A stretch of DNA of 63,292 bases, counting the filler, from Phoronis australis (taxonomy: Eukaryota; Animalia; Phoronida), in the NCBI GenBank assembly GCA_002633005.1. It is 7 parts of 7 records of this genome, joined end to end, with 100 filler letters (N's around TTAATTAATTAA, not from the genome) between each part and the next. Parts side by side here need not be neighbours in the genome. Positions count along the whole stretch, not along the records: positions 13,427 to 31,893 come from NMRA01000224.1; positions 31,994 to 49,867 come from NMRA01000173.1; 5 more parts are not named here. One strand, 5' to 3'. Shown piece after piece: positions 24,201 through 38,297 of the stretch (positions are counted from its first letter, which is position 1; the number at the start of each line of letters is the position of its first letter). Made by a program: the position numbers and the translations under genes. The notes under the pieces are model-generated. The model saw only the letters and a program-made list of their open reading frames with translations. It was not told where the DNA came from and searched no databases.

Positions 24201-26162
24201 ATCAGTATCAAGCTTGCTAACAAAAATCTATTGATGTTTTTAATGAAATACATGCAACATATTTGAATAGTTCGTGAAAAGCACGCGTGATTGGGTTTTA
24301 GAATTTTGAGAATTGGGCAAGAAATACACAAGACGTTTGTTTAATGTTGTAATAATATGTTCCTCACTCATTCTGTTGGGTGTGCAACATAATTAGGCCA
24401 ATTACCAAGCCAACAACCAGCAGTTGAATTTTGAGATAAGCAAAGTATCACGGGAAATTCTTTATGGCATGAAATGTGTACGCAATGGTGCCTTTTACGG
24501 CCATTGAGAGAAAGCTCAAGTCTGCCTAGGCAAGAAATGTCATGAGAAAAATGATTCAAGGGTTATTTTTTGTGTTTTATATCTGACCTATATGGTTTAC
24601 AGTCGAAAAACGCGTTTTGGGGGTTGTTGTTTCAATGGGTTCAATGGGATACACTTCGTGTAGTTATTAACTTTAACCAAACTTAAAAAGCGTTGTTTTG
24701 TAATTTTATTACAAATTGCCAGTTCCACTATTGTCTGCCTGAAATTCGCTGAAACCAAGGCTGGTGTCCAGAATGGAGAATCTTGACCAAGCACCTTGAC
24801 CTACATTTTGCTGCGGCCGACCTCACATGGACGGTCACGAGAGTTCATGAACGGGAAAGTGTATGTCCCTGATGAGTGGCGAAATTGTGTGGAAAATAAA
24901 TCTTTGTGTCCGACGTTGTATCAACTCTTTGTTTCCCCATTTGTAATGATTATTTTTAACTATATATGAGAATTAAGATGAAAGCGTTCAGAAAATCTAC
25001 GCTGTTGAGGTTGCTCGCCCTAAATGCGCCGGGATAAAATTTACATTCAATGAATGTGACTATGGTGACCAGGCGACACATAGGTCGGTCAAATAAACCC
25101 GTTTTTTCTCTTCAATCGTCTAGTTTTTCAGCGAACTCATTGTTCAGTACTTGTCATAACGTTCACCCGATAAACTTCATATAATTAATTATTTCACCAT
25201 GCGGTAAATTGCAATTTCAACGACATGAGTCTTTAAGTTAGTTGGAGTTCGGGCAAACACGACTGAGTGACTGTCCCCATTTGACAACAGGCGAATTAGG
25301 ATAATGAAAATTAATCACTTATGTCAAAAATGCATAAAGAGCTCTTACTATTCACTTTCAGCGTTTACACAATTCCCCGTGGTGTACGTCTAGATTAAAC
25401 ATTCTGTCGGCCCATTTTTCGGTGAGAAGTTAGTGCCTATACCTAGCTGTGTTATTCAGCTTTTTAGTTAGGCTGTGAAATGAAATTTATATCCCACTTT
25501 GTGACCTATAATGTTGCAAACCTTTGAGGAGCATCTGTCACCACACCTGCTTTAAAGCTGCTATAAACCGCGGGCACACTTTCCGCCCGAGATTTTGGCA
25601 ACTCACAAACCATAATTTCTAATTAGGTTGAAATCCAACCATCCATATTTTTAAATTATTCGTGAATTATACATGATGGACATGTTAGGTTTTATTCTTT
25701 TTAGATAATTTCGGTCTTCAGTGTTTCGTTAGCCAACAACGGTACAGCAGACACAACGGCAGCTAATCAGGTTCTCCGAGAAGTTGCTGTAATATTTTAT
25801 GTACCATCAACACTAAGGCAAAAGATACTGGTTTCAATGTATATAAGTATCTATTTAAAGGCCTGAACACAGCTACTAGCATGCACTATAAACATGCTGG
25901 TGGCCATGATTACAGCAGCTGACAAGCAAAAACAAAGAGGGAAGCACTGAGCTCATCATGTTGCAACGGCGATGTGACGTCAGCAGCTGTAGCATGTACA
26001 TGTTGTAGGTCAAGGTGCTGGTCATACATATAAAATTATTTTTCTCGCCAAGAAAGTCCCTTTTAAGTGTTGCTACTGCTCAGTGGCGTTCTTCGAGTTG
26101 ATCCGATCTGAAACGCGTGGTGTCACTTCCAACAACTCAGATAGAGGTCGCTCGACACTCAC

Positions 26163-26470
26163 CATGGGCGGCTCAGCACTGAAAAAAGTGGGAGGCTATA
26201 GCCCTCAGCCCCCTATGGTCTCCGCCCGTGCTCACAGCCCATGGACGGAGTTCAAACCTTCCATGGACGCCTTGTCACCAACTGCTGACTTCATTACAAC
26301 GGTTGTGCACAACGCTTATAAGCCTGGTACACGGGCGGCGCACCATAGGGGGCTTGGGGGGGCTATAGCCCCCACTTTTGTCAGTGCTGCGCCGCCCATG
26401 GTCTATGGGCAGTGCACCATAGGGGGCTGGGGCTATAGCCCCCCACCTTTTCAATGCTGCGCCGCCCATG
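26163..26470. mobile_element. Cluster of ~65-70-bp hAT-like mini-TIR units (monomer 26163-26230, inverted dimer 26330-26470)
   Basis: CAYGGGCGGC...GCCGCCCRTG termini; the same dimer occurs at 47898-48025. Confidence 0.7.
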
Positions 26471-29322
26471 TGGTACTGCTGTGGTGTGATTAGCTAACCC
26501 GGTCTCAGTTATAGATTGGGATACGCAAACAACCTGTACGTTTAACAAGCGGGATACAATATTAGCACCAAGTTATCTAATTTGTTTCACTCTAAACCAA
26601 ATTTAATGCGCTCCTTGATCAGCAATCGACATTCTAGTAAACAATATACGATGCACGACACATGGATCGCGGGAGCGATCGAATTCATGGCTTCTACCAG
26701 TCGGACGGCTGGTAACAATGAATTGGAAACAAAAAAACGGCAAATACTCTGATCGTTAAAGCTAATTATTGGGTTTTTATAGCGAGGGTTTCATATTCAA
26801 TGAAAGTCGGTTAGTAACCCTACAAGCTCTACTGTACGAGCACCGTACAGGGGCCATCGCACAGGGGCCACCGCACATGCATCTTGCCAGGACTTCCTGG
26901 GTGCGAAAGGGACACCAGGGCGACAGTGATAATGGAATGGGTCGTCTCGTGTTGTTGTTATTGATTGAAAGTGAGTCTGCCCTAGAAAATGGTGTATTTC
27001 ACGAACTCCATGATTCCAACAGACAGGCCAGTGTAGCGCAAACAATATTAAAATGCATTTGAGTTTTAAGTGGAAACGGAGTACAAAAATCTGCATTTCT
27101 CGGGTCTGCATTTTTCAAATATCAGTCCTTCCTAAACGCAGGTCACACTGAAACATTCTCATACGATAAACCTATCACGAACGTCGAATATTCTTGACTT
27201 ACGCTGTTGCGATGAGAACCGTATACAATTACCCACATGAAAAAAGTCTCTAACATTTCCATCTAAATAAATGGAGTAAAATTGATTTTCAGTCAAAGCT
27301 TTTTAAATGATAATGCGGGGAGATATTATGTAGGATGAACATGTAATTTATTAAACTCATAAATCATTTAGATTTTGATACTGATATTTTATTTGTGTTA
27401 TCCATGTACATGCCAATTATTGCATAAGAAGTATTAATATAATTCTACAGTGAGTGTTGTGTAATTAATTAAATGTATTGACTGTTTACTGAAATGTGTG
27501 ACATCCTATGGGTGCATAGAAAACGAATAGTTACAATTGTCTTTGACCTTAGGTTCGATTTTTATATCAGCCGCTTTTTTGTTTTTGTTTTTGTCATGTT
27601 AGCAGAGTTGCGTAACTTTTAATTCTTCGAAACAGGTCGACTTTGAGATGAGGCATTTCAGAAAACAGCAGTAATCAGGTTATTATTCATGAGAAATTAC
27701 TTAGCTTTTGACTGTTCGACTCTACATTTGCGATGGCTTTGGTTCGTTGTTGGCATCCTGCGACTTTATTCTGTGAATTGTTTTGGAACTATGAGTAGCA
27801 TTTTAAGGAAGTTTGTGGGTTTGTTGTTTTGAAAGAACTCGCTCACCTTTATTCTGTTCAGTACAAATATTATGTTAGCTACTCTGGAAGATATATTTCT
27901 TGAAGAGATCCTACTGCGTTGCTTGCGACAGAAATATCACAAATACTAGAAATTCGATGGACTGGATTTCAATCGGATACATCGTATCTCGAATTCGATG
28001 GACTGAATTCATATCGACATATCTGATGTTCGTTGGACTGAAATTTTTGACTGTTCAAAGCATTTCGTCAAGTGAAGAATGCTTGGAAAATTGGGTCCCA
28101 TGACCAAGAGAAACTCGTCACACACAACAGATGTAACACTGGTCCATGGGCGGCGCCAGGAACATGGAAAACGTGTTCCCAGACTCTTTAGACTAACCTT
28201 CTTTGTGAACGTTTACGAATTGTTTGTGGGGAAATTAAAATATTCAATCAATATACTCGTTATGATATTCGTGTTGTTTAAACCGCCGTATTCACCACGT
28301 GATAGATATCAAGAACACTCCAGGTACCACAGCATGAAATTTAGTTGTCTTTTTATCTCAGTCACTCTCATGGAGATAGGTGTTTCTGAAAACGTTTTAG
28401 GCTGAGGAAAATTAACCCCTTTTATACCACACCATAACCCACATTCTAATCACTGCAAAGGAAGAAAATGTCTGCAGATTTCAAAATCAATTATTTTAGA
28501 GTACAGCAAAGTAACGACGCAAATTCAATGTTCAGGGTCACCTGGCAAACTGGGATGAGAGCCCGATTCATGAAGTGACAGCAATTTGGCCTTACTTTCC
28601 CACCTCACAACTGACTTATCGCAAGCTCCGCCCCCTTGCGAAATGTCGAAAAACAAACAAAAAAATTTACCCGGCAACGTGTTGTTTGTCGAGTAAAATG
28701 GCGGCTTGGAAACGAACATGTGTCAAGAATGCTGCGTTCTGATTGGTCAGTTCAGCCGTCACTGAAAGTCCTGGTCAATGCCAAATAAAGGGTGGTCGTG
28801 TAATTATTACTACTTCATTGTCTGCAAATAATTTGTACAAATTTTCTCAGTAATTACCAATTATGAATATATTCTCAGATACTTTATTCTTTTGTTAAAC
28901 TTGGCTTAAATTGTTTTTCAGAAATGGATACAAATTGGAGCATAGGAACAAATTCATGCCTAAAATTCAAGTCTAAAGTTATATACATGAAACAGACCCC
29001 AGGCTTAGTGAAATGGTTTAGGGAAAATGCGCGAGTGATAATGGCCTCCACTGCACGTTAAGAGACAAAAATCTTAAAAGTTTTTACTGAACCATGGTTC
29101 AAAGTCTCACAAAAGTACCACAGACTCTGTTTTTATGGTCCCTTCTGTTATTGTATGTGTAAAGATAAAGTCTATATATTTACTACGTATATCTAATTAA
29201 CATATACTGGTAAATTGCTGATTGTATATATAATTGTCCAAATCCCGTTTGAAAAAGGCGAAACGCCGCTCATGGGACGTATGACATAACAGTTGGCTGC
29301 AAACAGTAACTTCACAGATATC

Positions 29323-29400
29323 GGGTCTTCAGTAGCTCAGTGGGAAGGGCATTAGACCTGCAATCTTGGGACCTGTGGTTCGATTCCCAGTTTGGGTTCC
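29323..29400 (+). repeat. tRNA-derived sequence (SINE head or pseudo-tRNA)
   Basis: A box TAGCTCAGTGG and B box GGTTCGATTCC at tRNA spacing; stems imperfect. Confidence 0.65.
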
Positions 29401-30744
29401 TGATTTTTCTGTGTTTATTTGATATATGAGTAAAGAGATGCACTGAAATGAAAAGGTTTAGAAAAAAAATGGCGACGTTTTCATAATAAACTAAATCAAG
29501 GTTACGAACGGCATATATTATATGACTAGAGCAAAATTAACATTTTTATGTTGAACCAATGTTGAAGATTGAGTTAAGAATACAGAACGAATTTGTTTCT
29601 GCACACCCAGTGGCGGATATCGTAAGAGGAACTTCCATTTGCACTGCAAAGGAAAATCTCCCATGTATAAGCCGGCATGTTGACGCCTGGTTGTGTTTTT
29701 GATCGTAACTATACTTAGATTGAATGATGCTTGGGTATCCTTAAATCCGCCAAAATGCTCCCGTCTTTTATTGCCTTTATATTTTTGTATCTCTAGATCG
29801 CAATTATCATATTCATGGTCGTGTAACTGAGTCGCATTCTTATCGGAGTCCCAACGCGCGAAAGGCAAGAACTGAAGAATATGTTTTCAAGGTCATGAAT
29901 GCAAGAGAGTCTCTACTCCCCATGTACTTCGGTAAGTTCCGTGGGCGCAAGAGCGTCTCTACTCACCATGTACTTCGGTAAGTTCCGTGAGAGCGGAAAT
30001 CCATGTTGATAAGCCGTAGTAACATTATTGCAAGGTGCCAATGGATGAAGGTGATTTCATTTTAAAAAATGACAACCACTTGCAATTGGGAACTGTGAAA
30101 CAAGACCCAACTGCATAAGAAACATTTCGCTACAAAAGCTCATTGTCAAAAAAGAACCCAAATGCGCCTCACTTCACAGACAAGGGACTAGATTCGCCAA
30201 CAAAGGCAGTACATGCAGTGTTCTGTAACTACATATGTAACTGAGTTGGTGTTCCGCTGAGCTGGCGTGTCATGACACTGGCTATAGTGTCCGTTCACAC
30301 TAAGAGTTACCCTCGAATAAATTACTTCTAGAATGAGTTGTCTCAGAGGTTTAGTAATGGTTTGGACAGCTACATGCCTTGGGCTATCTTAACTCATGTG
30401 TGAAGTCGTAGTGTGGACGTAATCCTGCATTGACACAAGGTTGAAATAATTATCAGCTGTGCCCTTGCATAGGGGTGTCTAGTCATGTTGGAGTCATATT
30501 TGTCGCATTGTGTAAGGTGTGTAGTGTGGACACTCGGTTAGAGAAATTGTATAATTTTTTTTCAGAAACCATAGCGGTTATCCCTAGAATCGCTGCTTGT
30601 AAACGTAGACATACGATCTGTAGGTATCACTTCATAGTTTTTTTTTTTCAACTAGCCAACAGTGCAGTGCGAGTTAACAGGTAACGCCTACCAAACTTCC
30701 AGATTACTCACCAGACAACCTACAAGACGCTTTCTGAATTCTGA

Positions 30745-31893
30745 TTTTTTTTTAATGTTCATTACGAAATCTTCAGAATACAATGAATATACATAACCCA
30801 CAAAGCGCCAAGAGGCATTAGATCTGGGTAAAAAAATACAAAGAAGTCTATGTACAATTATTATATACGAATACATAAATAATAAAAAACTGATGTTAAG
30901 AATACAATGATATATGACATGTTATAAAGAAATTCTGATACTATTTCACATAAAACCTTATTTTCGTTTGAGTTAAGTTCTTGACATCCATATAGAAAGA
31001 AATTCATTTTGTTGCACAATTGCGGAATTTCAGAATATTTTTTATAAACATTGGGGTATTGTTCGAGTGCCTGGAAGAGCTGTACCCTCTCCTCCTTGCA
31101 TACCTCACAAGCAAAGAAAACATCAGGATATGTCTAGGTATCTCCACAGGAACACAGAGGCGAAATATTATTAAAATTATGTCTAAATTTCTCGTTGTTT
31201 AGGAATAGACCACATCTTGATCTGTATATGGTTATTTCATGGTTGCGGGGAAGTTGGAGTGATGTCAGTGGGACTGGCAAGTCTGGAGTAGTGGTATGCA
31301 TTTTAAAGTTATTTTTGAGAGTGACGATTGAAGTGCTTTCTTTTATTTTGAATGGTAAGGAATTCCAGTTGTAAATACAAGTTAATATCCTTGATCTTCT
31401 GAAGGCTTGGCTGATGGAGGCTGGAATAGTATATATATTGCTTTGGCCTGAGTCCTGGTCTCGTGCTTGGTCTTTTGTAGGAGTCAAAGAGGATTTTGTT
31501 AGAGTAATTGTTTATGTTGGTTAAGACTTTGAATGTATACATGGACAGGTGGGGTTTACGACGGGTTGCTAGTTTGCTCCAGTGAAGACTATTTAAAACC
31601 TGGATTCTGTTGGACCCTTTGTATGCCCCGGTTATGGCTAAAGCTGCTTGGTATTGTAGTCTTTTTAATTGAAGAAGTATGCCAGCGTTTGCCGATTGGT
31701 AGATTATGTCACAGTAATCTAGATGTGGACGTAAAAAAGACATGAACAGAGTTTCAAGATGCATGGAGTTGAGATGACGAGAGATAATTCTAATTGGATT
31801 AATTAATTTTTGTACTTTTTGAACGAGTTCGCGACAATGAGGAGTAAATGTAAGCTTATGGTCGAGTAGCAAGCCAAGATGTTTGTGCGTGAA
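30745..31893 (-). mobile_element. CR1/L2-group LINE 3' part with C-terminal Cys motif and A-tail
   Basis: HKHLGLLLDHKLTF, FLRPHLDYCDIIY, AALAITGA, WNSLP, SPLCSCG; poly(A) at ~30746-30754. Confidence 0.88.
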
Positions 31894-33755
31894 NNNNNNN
31901 NNNNNNNNNNNNNNNNNNNNNNNNNNNNNNNNNNNNNTTAATTAATTAANNNNNNNNNNNNNNNNNNNNNNNNNNNNNNNNNNNNNNNNNNNNGGGACTC
32001 GGTGACTCTTTCCATAGCTAAAGCGCCAAACACAAGCTAAACGCAAGACAATCGAGTAACGGTCATGACATCGTCAAGACAAGGTAAAAATTACAAAGCC
32101 CGTTACACCAATTCTCAGATTCAAGCCTTATAGAGTAGTAATCATCCGTTGAATGCTTAAGTGACACGGGAGTTGCGTCGATCCCAAATTAGCGTTTCTA
32201 AAAATTTTCCTTGTCCGAAAGTTGCGGGGCAAAAATCCGACGTTTATGACATTGTCCGAAGTTTGAAGATAATTAAAAAACAGTTTTTGGACCTTGTACG
32301 AATTTCGTGGACTATGAAAAACTCATTTCGGAAATATTTATTCTTGGTCGAAAATGGCAGGCTGTCCGAAAATCACGCGACTCTACCGTACTGGTATTTT
32401 GCTGAAAAATTTCAAGCCAGACAGGAATTATTATGGCTGCCAATCCTTGCAAACAGCAACATGTTTGTCATAAGCATTTACTGTACATATTGCTAGTCAT
32501 CTTCGTATGCCTTTGTCAAAGTTTAGGGTTTTGAGCCCTCATTTCTCTGCTAACTTTCAACTGCACCATTTCACTTAACTCAGTTTTATAATTTAACATG
32601 GAACCTCATGCAAGACAACAATAAGGTCCTGTCAGGCATGACTGTTACCAATTTGCCAATGCTTCAAGACTGACAGTAAACAGGGTTTAGTAGGAAAAGT
32701 GCTCTCTTTACTGAGTGTAACTTGGCTGTTAGAATTGGATTTTGTGATAACGGTCATGCTAATTGTCCGTACATATTTATACTTTTAAGCCAAGAAGCCA
32801 TGGAAACAATGACAGAAAACAGGGAACTTTGCCCGCGTCGCACTTTTAATGTTGATCGATGCTGCGGAGCTCATTAGAAAGTGAATTTGTCAATAATAAA
32901 AATTACACTTAGATCTCAAATATTTGAAACTTATAGTCATGTGATTTGTGGAAAATTAGTAATGACAATTCACATCGAGCCTCTTTTTCATTCATGTACC
33001 TTCTTCAAGAACTGGATTGTTGTTTGTCTTTTCTCATCAACAGGATTGTTTAAAAAACTCAGTAGAAACAAAATAATGGCTTGCATTAGTAGACACTCTG
33101 ATTTGAGTCCAAAAGTTGCTAGGTCAATTTCAACCTTTGATTCATTGTGTTTGTTGCTCGTAAACTGATACTTTTTCAAGATTTCAATTTGGAAATTTTT
33201 GGAGAGTTCATTTGTGGAAGTCTTAAATTGTTGTTTTGCTATCATCAATTTTTAGTTATCCATATTATGCAGTGTGTGCCATTTTGTACATTTCTTAAGC
33301 ACAAAGCTTTTCAACAATGCTTCTAGGTATTCATGTAACATTCTCATATTATTCTGAATTGCCCCACATGAAACATTGAGCCACACACGCCAACTGTAAC
33401 GCCATATTCAGCAACAGAGACGCATGCATTCAAAGTGCTTGTTTGTTAATTGGTGACTGTTATGACATGATTTGGACTCACAAATAGGAATACTAATGCA
33501 GTCACATCACACTTTTCAAAAATATCTTGGATTTATGATGGTTCACATTCACAATTTTTGCCCAGTATCTCTAGGACTCGATGGTTAATGTGAATCATTT
33601 CAGGTTGGTACCACTGATAGTGTGACAGCCTTGTTTAATAATTTTCCTGTGTTCTATGTCTGCTGATAGTGTGACAGCCTTGTTTAATAATTTTCCTGTG
33701 TTCTATGTCTGCTTCTAGTACGCCCATCAATCTTGCATGTCTTCATCTATTCCAG

Positions 33756-34008
33756 TCTCCGTTTGATCGTCTGCGTCTGGTATTTCCGCCAGTGCCTGCG
33801 TTTGGCTTCGTTGCCATCTTCTACATAACATACACAGTTCTGCTGCCCTATCCCATCGCTATGACGCTGCTAGGGGGCACTGCCGCTGGCTACATGTTGT
33901 ACGACCTCACCCATTATTACCTGCACCATGGTGGGCAACCGTTGCTCAATTACTTCCAAAATCTGAAGCAGTATCACAATGCTCACCACTTCGAGCACCA
34001 GTCAAAAG
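33756..34008 (+). CDS. FA2H: Fatty acid 2-hydroxylase, penultimate exon
   Basis: PFDRLRLVFPP, GYMLYDLTHYYLHHG, LKQYHNAHHF histidine boxes; TTCCAG acceptor; AAAG|GCAAGT donor. Confidence 0.93.
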
Positions 34009-34033
34009 GCAAGTCACTCAATTGTAGGACAGT

Positions 34034-36529
34034 ATTACCCCATACGTGTGGCTATACACCTCGTGCTATGTTATGATCTCTCGATACTTTATATCAGCCA
34101 AAGTGTGTTATGATCTCATGTTTAGTCGGCAATTTGTGTTTAAATGACTTGCGCACAAATGTTCCTACATTTGCAGGGGATGGAATGAAGTGCCTTAGTC
34201 CATATCTACACCATTTTGTGTGGTCATCGTAATTTCCTAAATTTTAATCCATTCGACTTGGTTTTCATGGATTTATCAGGCAAATGTTTCCGGTATTTCT
34301 CCGAATTTTGTGAAACTTTGAAAATATGCTTACAGTTAAATTTTTCAATTTAGGAATTCAATTGCTAAGATCGCAATATTACATTTCTCAGAGGGTTACC
34401 ACATTGTTGCAAGTTCTCAAAATTCTACCAAATGTTGTTCGGAAAAAACTATGCCATACAAACACTGCTAAAAGCAAAGTAAATTTTCCTCAAATGTTTT
34501 TTTTTAAAATTTGACAATTCAAAATTTCACCTGTGTCCCATGTTGTGTGTCCCAAAGTGAAGAATTTTTAGTGTTCTATCTGTCGCACATCGGGGCTATT
34601 TTGCGATTCCACTAAATTTTCCTGAATTTTTGCCAATTCTTGGTTTTCACATCGATGTAAATGCTCTCGTGTCTTTAGCAACCACATTTCTCAAGGAATT
34701 CTGACCAAATTTCAAAAATGAAGGTTTATGGAGTGCCATAGTGCATATCATTGATTCTGTGATTTTATTATTTTCCGAAGCTTTGTCCCATTCTTGATCT
34801 TCACATTTCTGTACAGTGAGTTTTCAGTGCAGCCCCTGCATTTCTCACCAACACCCTCTAGTGGCCATTTTGGTTTCAACAAGGGTTTCTTCACTACTTT
34901 TGGAGGAAGAGCATATCTAGAGAATCTACAGATTTCAATGAAACTTAGCCTAGAGGTGTGTGATGGCAATACACCGGCACCAGTTGGGTTTGAACATAGC
35001 ATTACCCATAATGCCCCTTTTGGTGTAAATATGAACCTTTTTAGTACTTTTGAATGAGTAGAGCTTTTTAGATATAAGTGGTGGGCGAAGCGCATTTCTA
35101 GACGATATCTAGAGAAACTATAATAGGGTGTCATTGAAACTTAAGTCGGAGGTACATGATGGCAGTGTACCAGCATCGGGACTTTCGGTTGAATTCAAGT
35201 ATTGCAGCACCCCCTAGTGGCCATTTTAGTCTAACCAAGGGCCTTTTTCAGTTCTTTTTGGGAAGACCATTTCCGGGTGATATCTATATAACTGATAGAC
35301 AGGTTTCAATGAACTGGCAATCCTAGTCTCGTTTTAGACAGATTTGGACGTTACAGCACTACCATTTTATCCTCAACAGGGCACAAGTATTATATTTAGG
35401 GGGATAATGTCTTGATTGATTTCAATAAAACTTGACGTAGTGATGTGTGATAACCATACGCTGACACCAGATGGATTCAAGTACTGCAGTGTCCCCTAGC
35501 GGCCATTTTGGTCTCTATAAGGGGCTTGTATTTTGGGGAAGAATGTTTGTAGACATCCACTTACTGTATTTCAGTGTAACTTGACACAGAGGTGAAGGTA
35601 ATATGCTGACACAAGTCACTTTTTAAGTGTATTTTGTAGCTGCCCTCTAGTGGTCATTTTGTCCAGTTGTCCACTCCAAATCTCAAAACACTAGTTTCAT
35701 GTTTTAACAAAATTTGACACACATGTTAAGAGCATCATTAAAGGGTGCACGCCACTTTTCAATCTTGCTTGCCCCCTGGTAGGAGCTTTTCAGTATTCTT
35801 TGGAGTTCCATGATGGATTTTCATGAAATATGGTAAATAGATTTCTATTGATGAGACTAACACCTTTCCATTTTCGGATGGATTTAATGTAATGTACGCT
35901 CCATAGCTACTGTCTGGTTTTGGTGTCTGGCTGTGTATTGGCCAAACTTGTCTAAGTGTCGTTATGAAAATTGGCATATGTGTAAGTAAAGCATGACTGG
36001 CGATGATTTTCAGACAAGTGCGACTCCTGGTTGAACACTATCTACTAAGTTCCTTGATGGATCTTTATGAAATGTGTGTTTCTATTGAGGAAACTACAAC
36101 TGACGTGGATTTTGGGTTGAATGCGACTACTATGGAGTCCCCTAATGGCGTTTTTTTTGGTTGCCTTGATATCAACAAAGTTTCTTTATAGATGTTCATG
36201 AAATTTGGTAAATAAGTCACATAGATGGCAGAACTTGCCCTTTTTCAGACAAATTTGACCTTCAATGCGCTTCCTAGTGACCTTTTTGTTATTTTTGTGT
36301 CTTTACTGTGACGTCCACCTGCCTGTCCTCCAAACTGCTTGAAGAATCATGGTAGCAGCTATGGTCATATTGTTGACTTGCTTTGTACTACCTAGGCACT
36401 AGGCACTATTTTAAGTTACCTAGCATTGTTCCCTTCAGTGGGAATTCTTAAAATTATGATCATCCTTTGTGTGTGCAGTATGCAATGCACACGGTGGGTT
36501 AAAAATTAACGTTAGGCATTGCCCTTGTT
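34034..36529 (+). mobile_element. Older Helentron-associated (HINE-like) element with diverged internal repeats
   Basis: Candidate subterminal inverted repeat TTACCCA..TGGGTTAA, ends CTTGTTT, and has recurring CCCYCTAGTGG and TTTCAATGAAACTT motifs. Boundaries approximate. Confidence 0.5.
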
Positions 36530-36537
36530 TATCATTG

Positions 36538-38167
36538 TTATGCGCCCACATATTTATATGTGGTCGCATATTGCTGTCATCTCTGTCCGGGCATCCAGCA
36601 TCTACAGCTGTATCTCCTAAACCCTCACAGGATCTTGGTGAGATTTGGCGGTTATGTTCCTATGAAGCTGACGACGGGTGATGACGAATTTCGGACCTCT
36701 CCGACTTCCGGTGTACCCCCTAGTGGAAATTTTAGTTTTTTACCCTTACCTCTGTATCTTCGGAGGTCCTCAATGGATTTTCATAAAATGTGGCAGTTAG
36801 CCATCTGTTAGTGAGATGATGTCATCCTCCCGTTTTCGGACGGATTTGAGGTATTTTGCACCACCTAGTGGTAATTTTTACTGTTTTTGAGTCTTTTTTT
36901 TGGTGTCCGCCCCTCTATCAACCAAACCGCTCTAGTGATGATTTTGAAAATTGGCATATATGTTCTTATTGGGAGGAGGGCGGCTGACTATGATTTTCCA
37001 ACAACTTCGACTACTGGGGCGCCTGCTAGTGGCAGTTTTGTACGTTTTTGCACCTATGGCTATATCTCCTAAATGCTCTACAGGATCTTTATTGAATTTT
37101 GCTGGTGTATTTATATGAAGTTGACTACAGAGGACAACTTTCGGATGGATTGTACTATCGGTGTGCCCCCTAGTGGCAATTTTAGTTTTTTACATTTACC
37201 TCCATCTTCAAAGGGCGTCAATGGATTTTCATAAAATTTGGCTGATAGGCATCTATTAGTGAGGTGAGGCTATCGTCCGGTTTTTGGTTGAATTCGAGGC
37301 ATTTGCGCCACCTAGTGGGCATTTTTACTGTTTTCGAGTCTGCTTTTTGGCATCTGCCCCTCTAAGGATGATTGTGGAAATTGGCATGTATGTTCCTAAT
37401 GTGAAGAGGAGGGCTGACGACGATTTTCCGACAACCTCGACAACTGTGGGGCTTCCTAGTGGCAGTTTTTTACACCCATATCTGTATCCTAAACCCTCGG
37501 CAGGGTCGTTTTGAAATCTAGCAAGTGTATTTATATGAACTTGGCAAAAAGTGACCACGACTTTCGGATAGATCGGACTACCGGTGTGCCCCCTAGTGGC
37601 AATTTTAGTTTTTTTAATTTTACTTCTGTTTCTTCAAAGGTCCTCAATGGATTTCCATAAATTTTGGCATATCGTTATCTATTAGTGAGCTGACGCTATC
37701 CTCCCATTTTCGGTTTGATTTGTGTTATTTTGTGCCACCGTGTGGCCATTTTTACTGTTTTCGAGTCTTGTAATTTGGCGTCTGCCTCTCTGTCAACCAA
37801 ACCACTGTAAGGATGGTTGTGTAAATTGGCATGAATGTTCCTGATGTGAAGAGGAAGTCTGACAATGATTTTTCGACGACTTCATCTACAGTGGTGCCTC
37901 TTAGTGACAGTTTTGTTTTTTGTGGGCCCATAGCCTACTAGTGGCAATTTCATATTTTTTTTGTTTTCCTTGGTTTTCCAGAAGTTCCTTGACGTATTTT
38001 TATGAAATTTGCCAAATAGCTTTGATGACACATACCAGTTTTCGGATGGATTCGACATATTTTGCGTCATCTAGTGGCCATTTTTTATGTTTCAAATAAA
38101 CGTCCCCAGAAGCACACCGTTTGCGGTGCATTCGTGGGCGCATTTCAACGTTCCGCCTTGCTCTTGT
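36538..38167 (+). mobile_element. Helentron-associated (HINE-like) element with ~3.5 tandem 420-450-bp units
   Basis: 5' TTATGCGCCC with a short palindrome; 3' GGGCGCAT (38136-38143) then CTTGT. Unit landmark CGGTGT.CCCCCTAGTGG at ~36709, 37159, 37582. The 5' 24 bp recur at 60783. Confidence 0.75.
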
Positions 38168-38297
38168 ATTGAAATGTTCTTGGCTTAGTAACCTAGTTTG
38201 TAATTTACAATTTAGTCAGTGAATTTTATGGAAATATTCCTTTTGTTGTTATTGGGACGTGGCAAGTGTATTAATGGGTTGTCTTTCATTTTTACAG

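Noticed and set aside
29901-29988. Short tandem duplications (also ~33614-33713, 39736-39819, 44804-44874)
   Set aside because: Ordinary two-copy slippage duplications.
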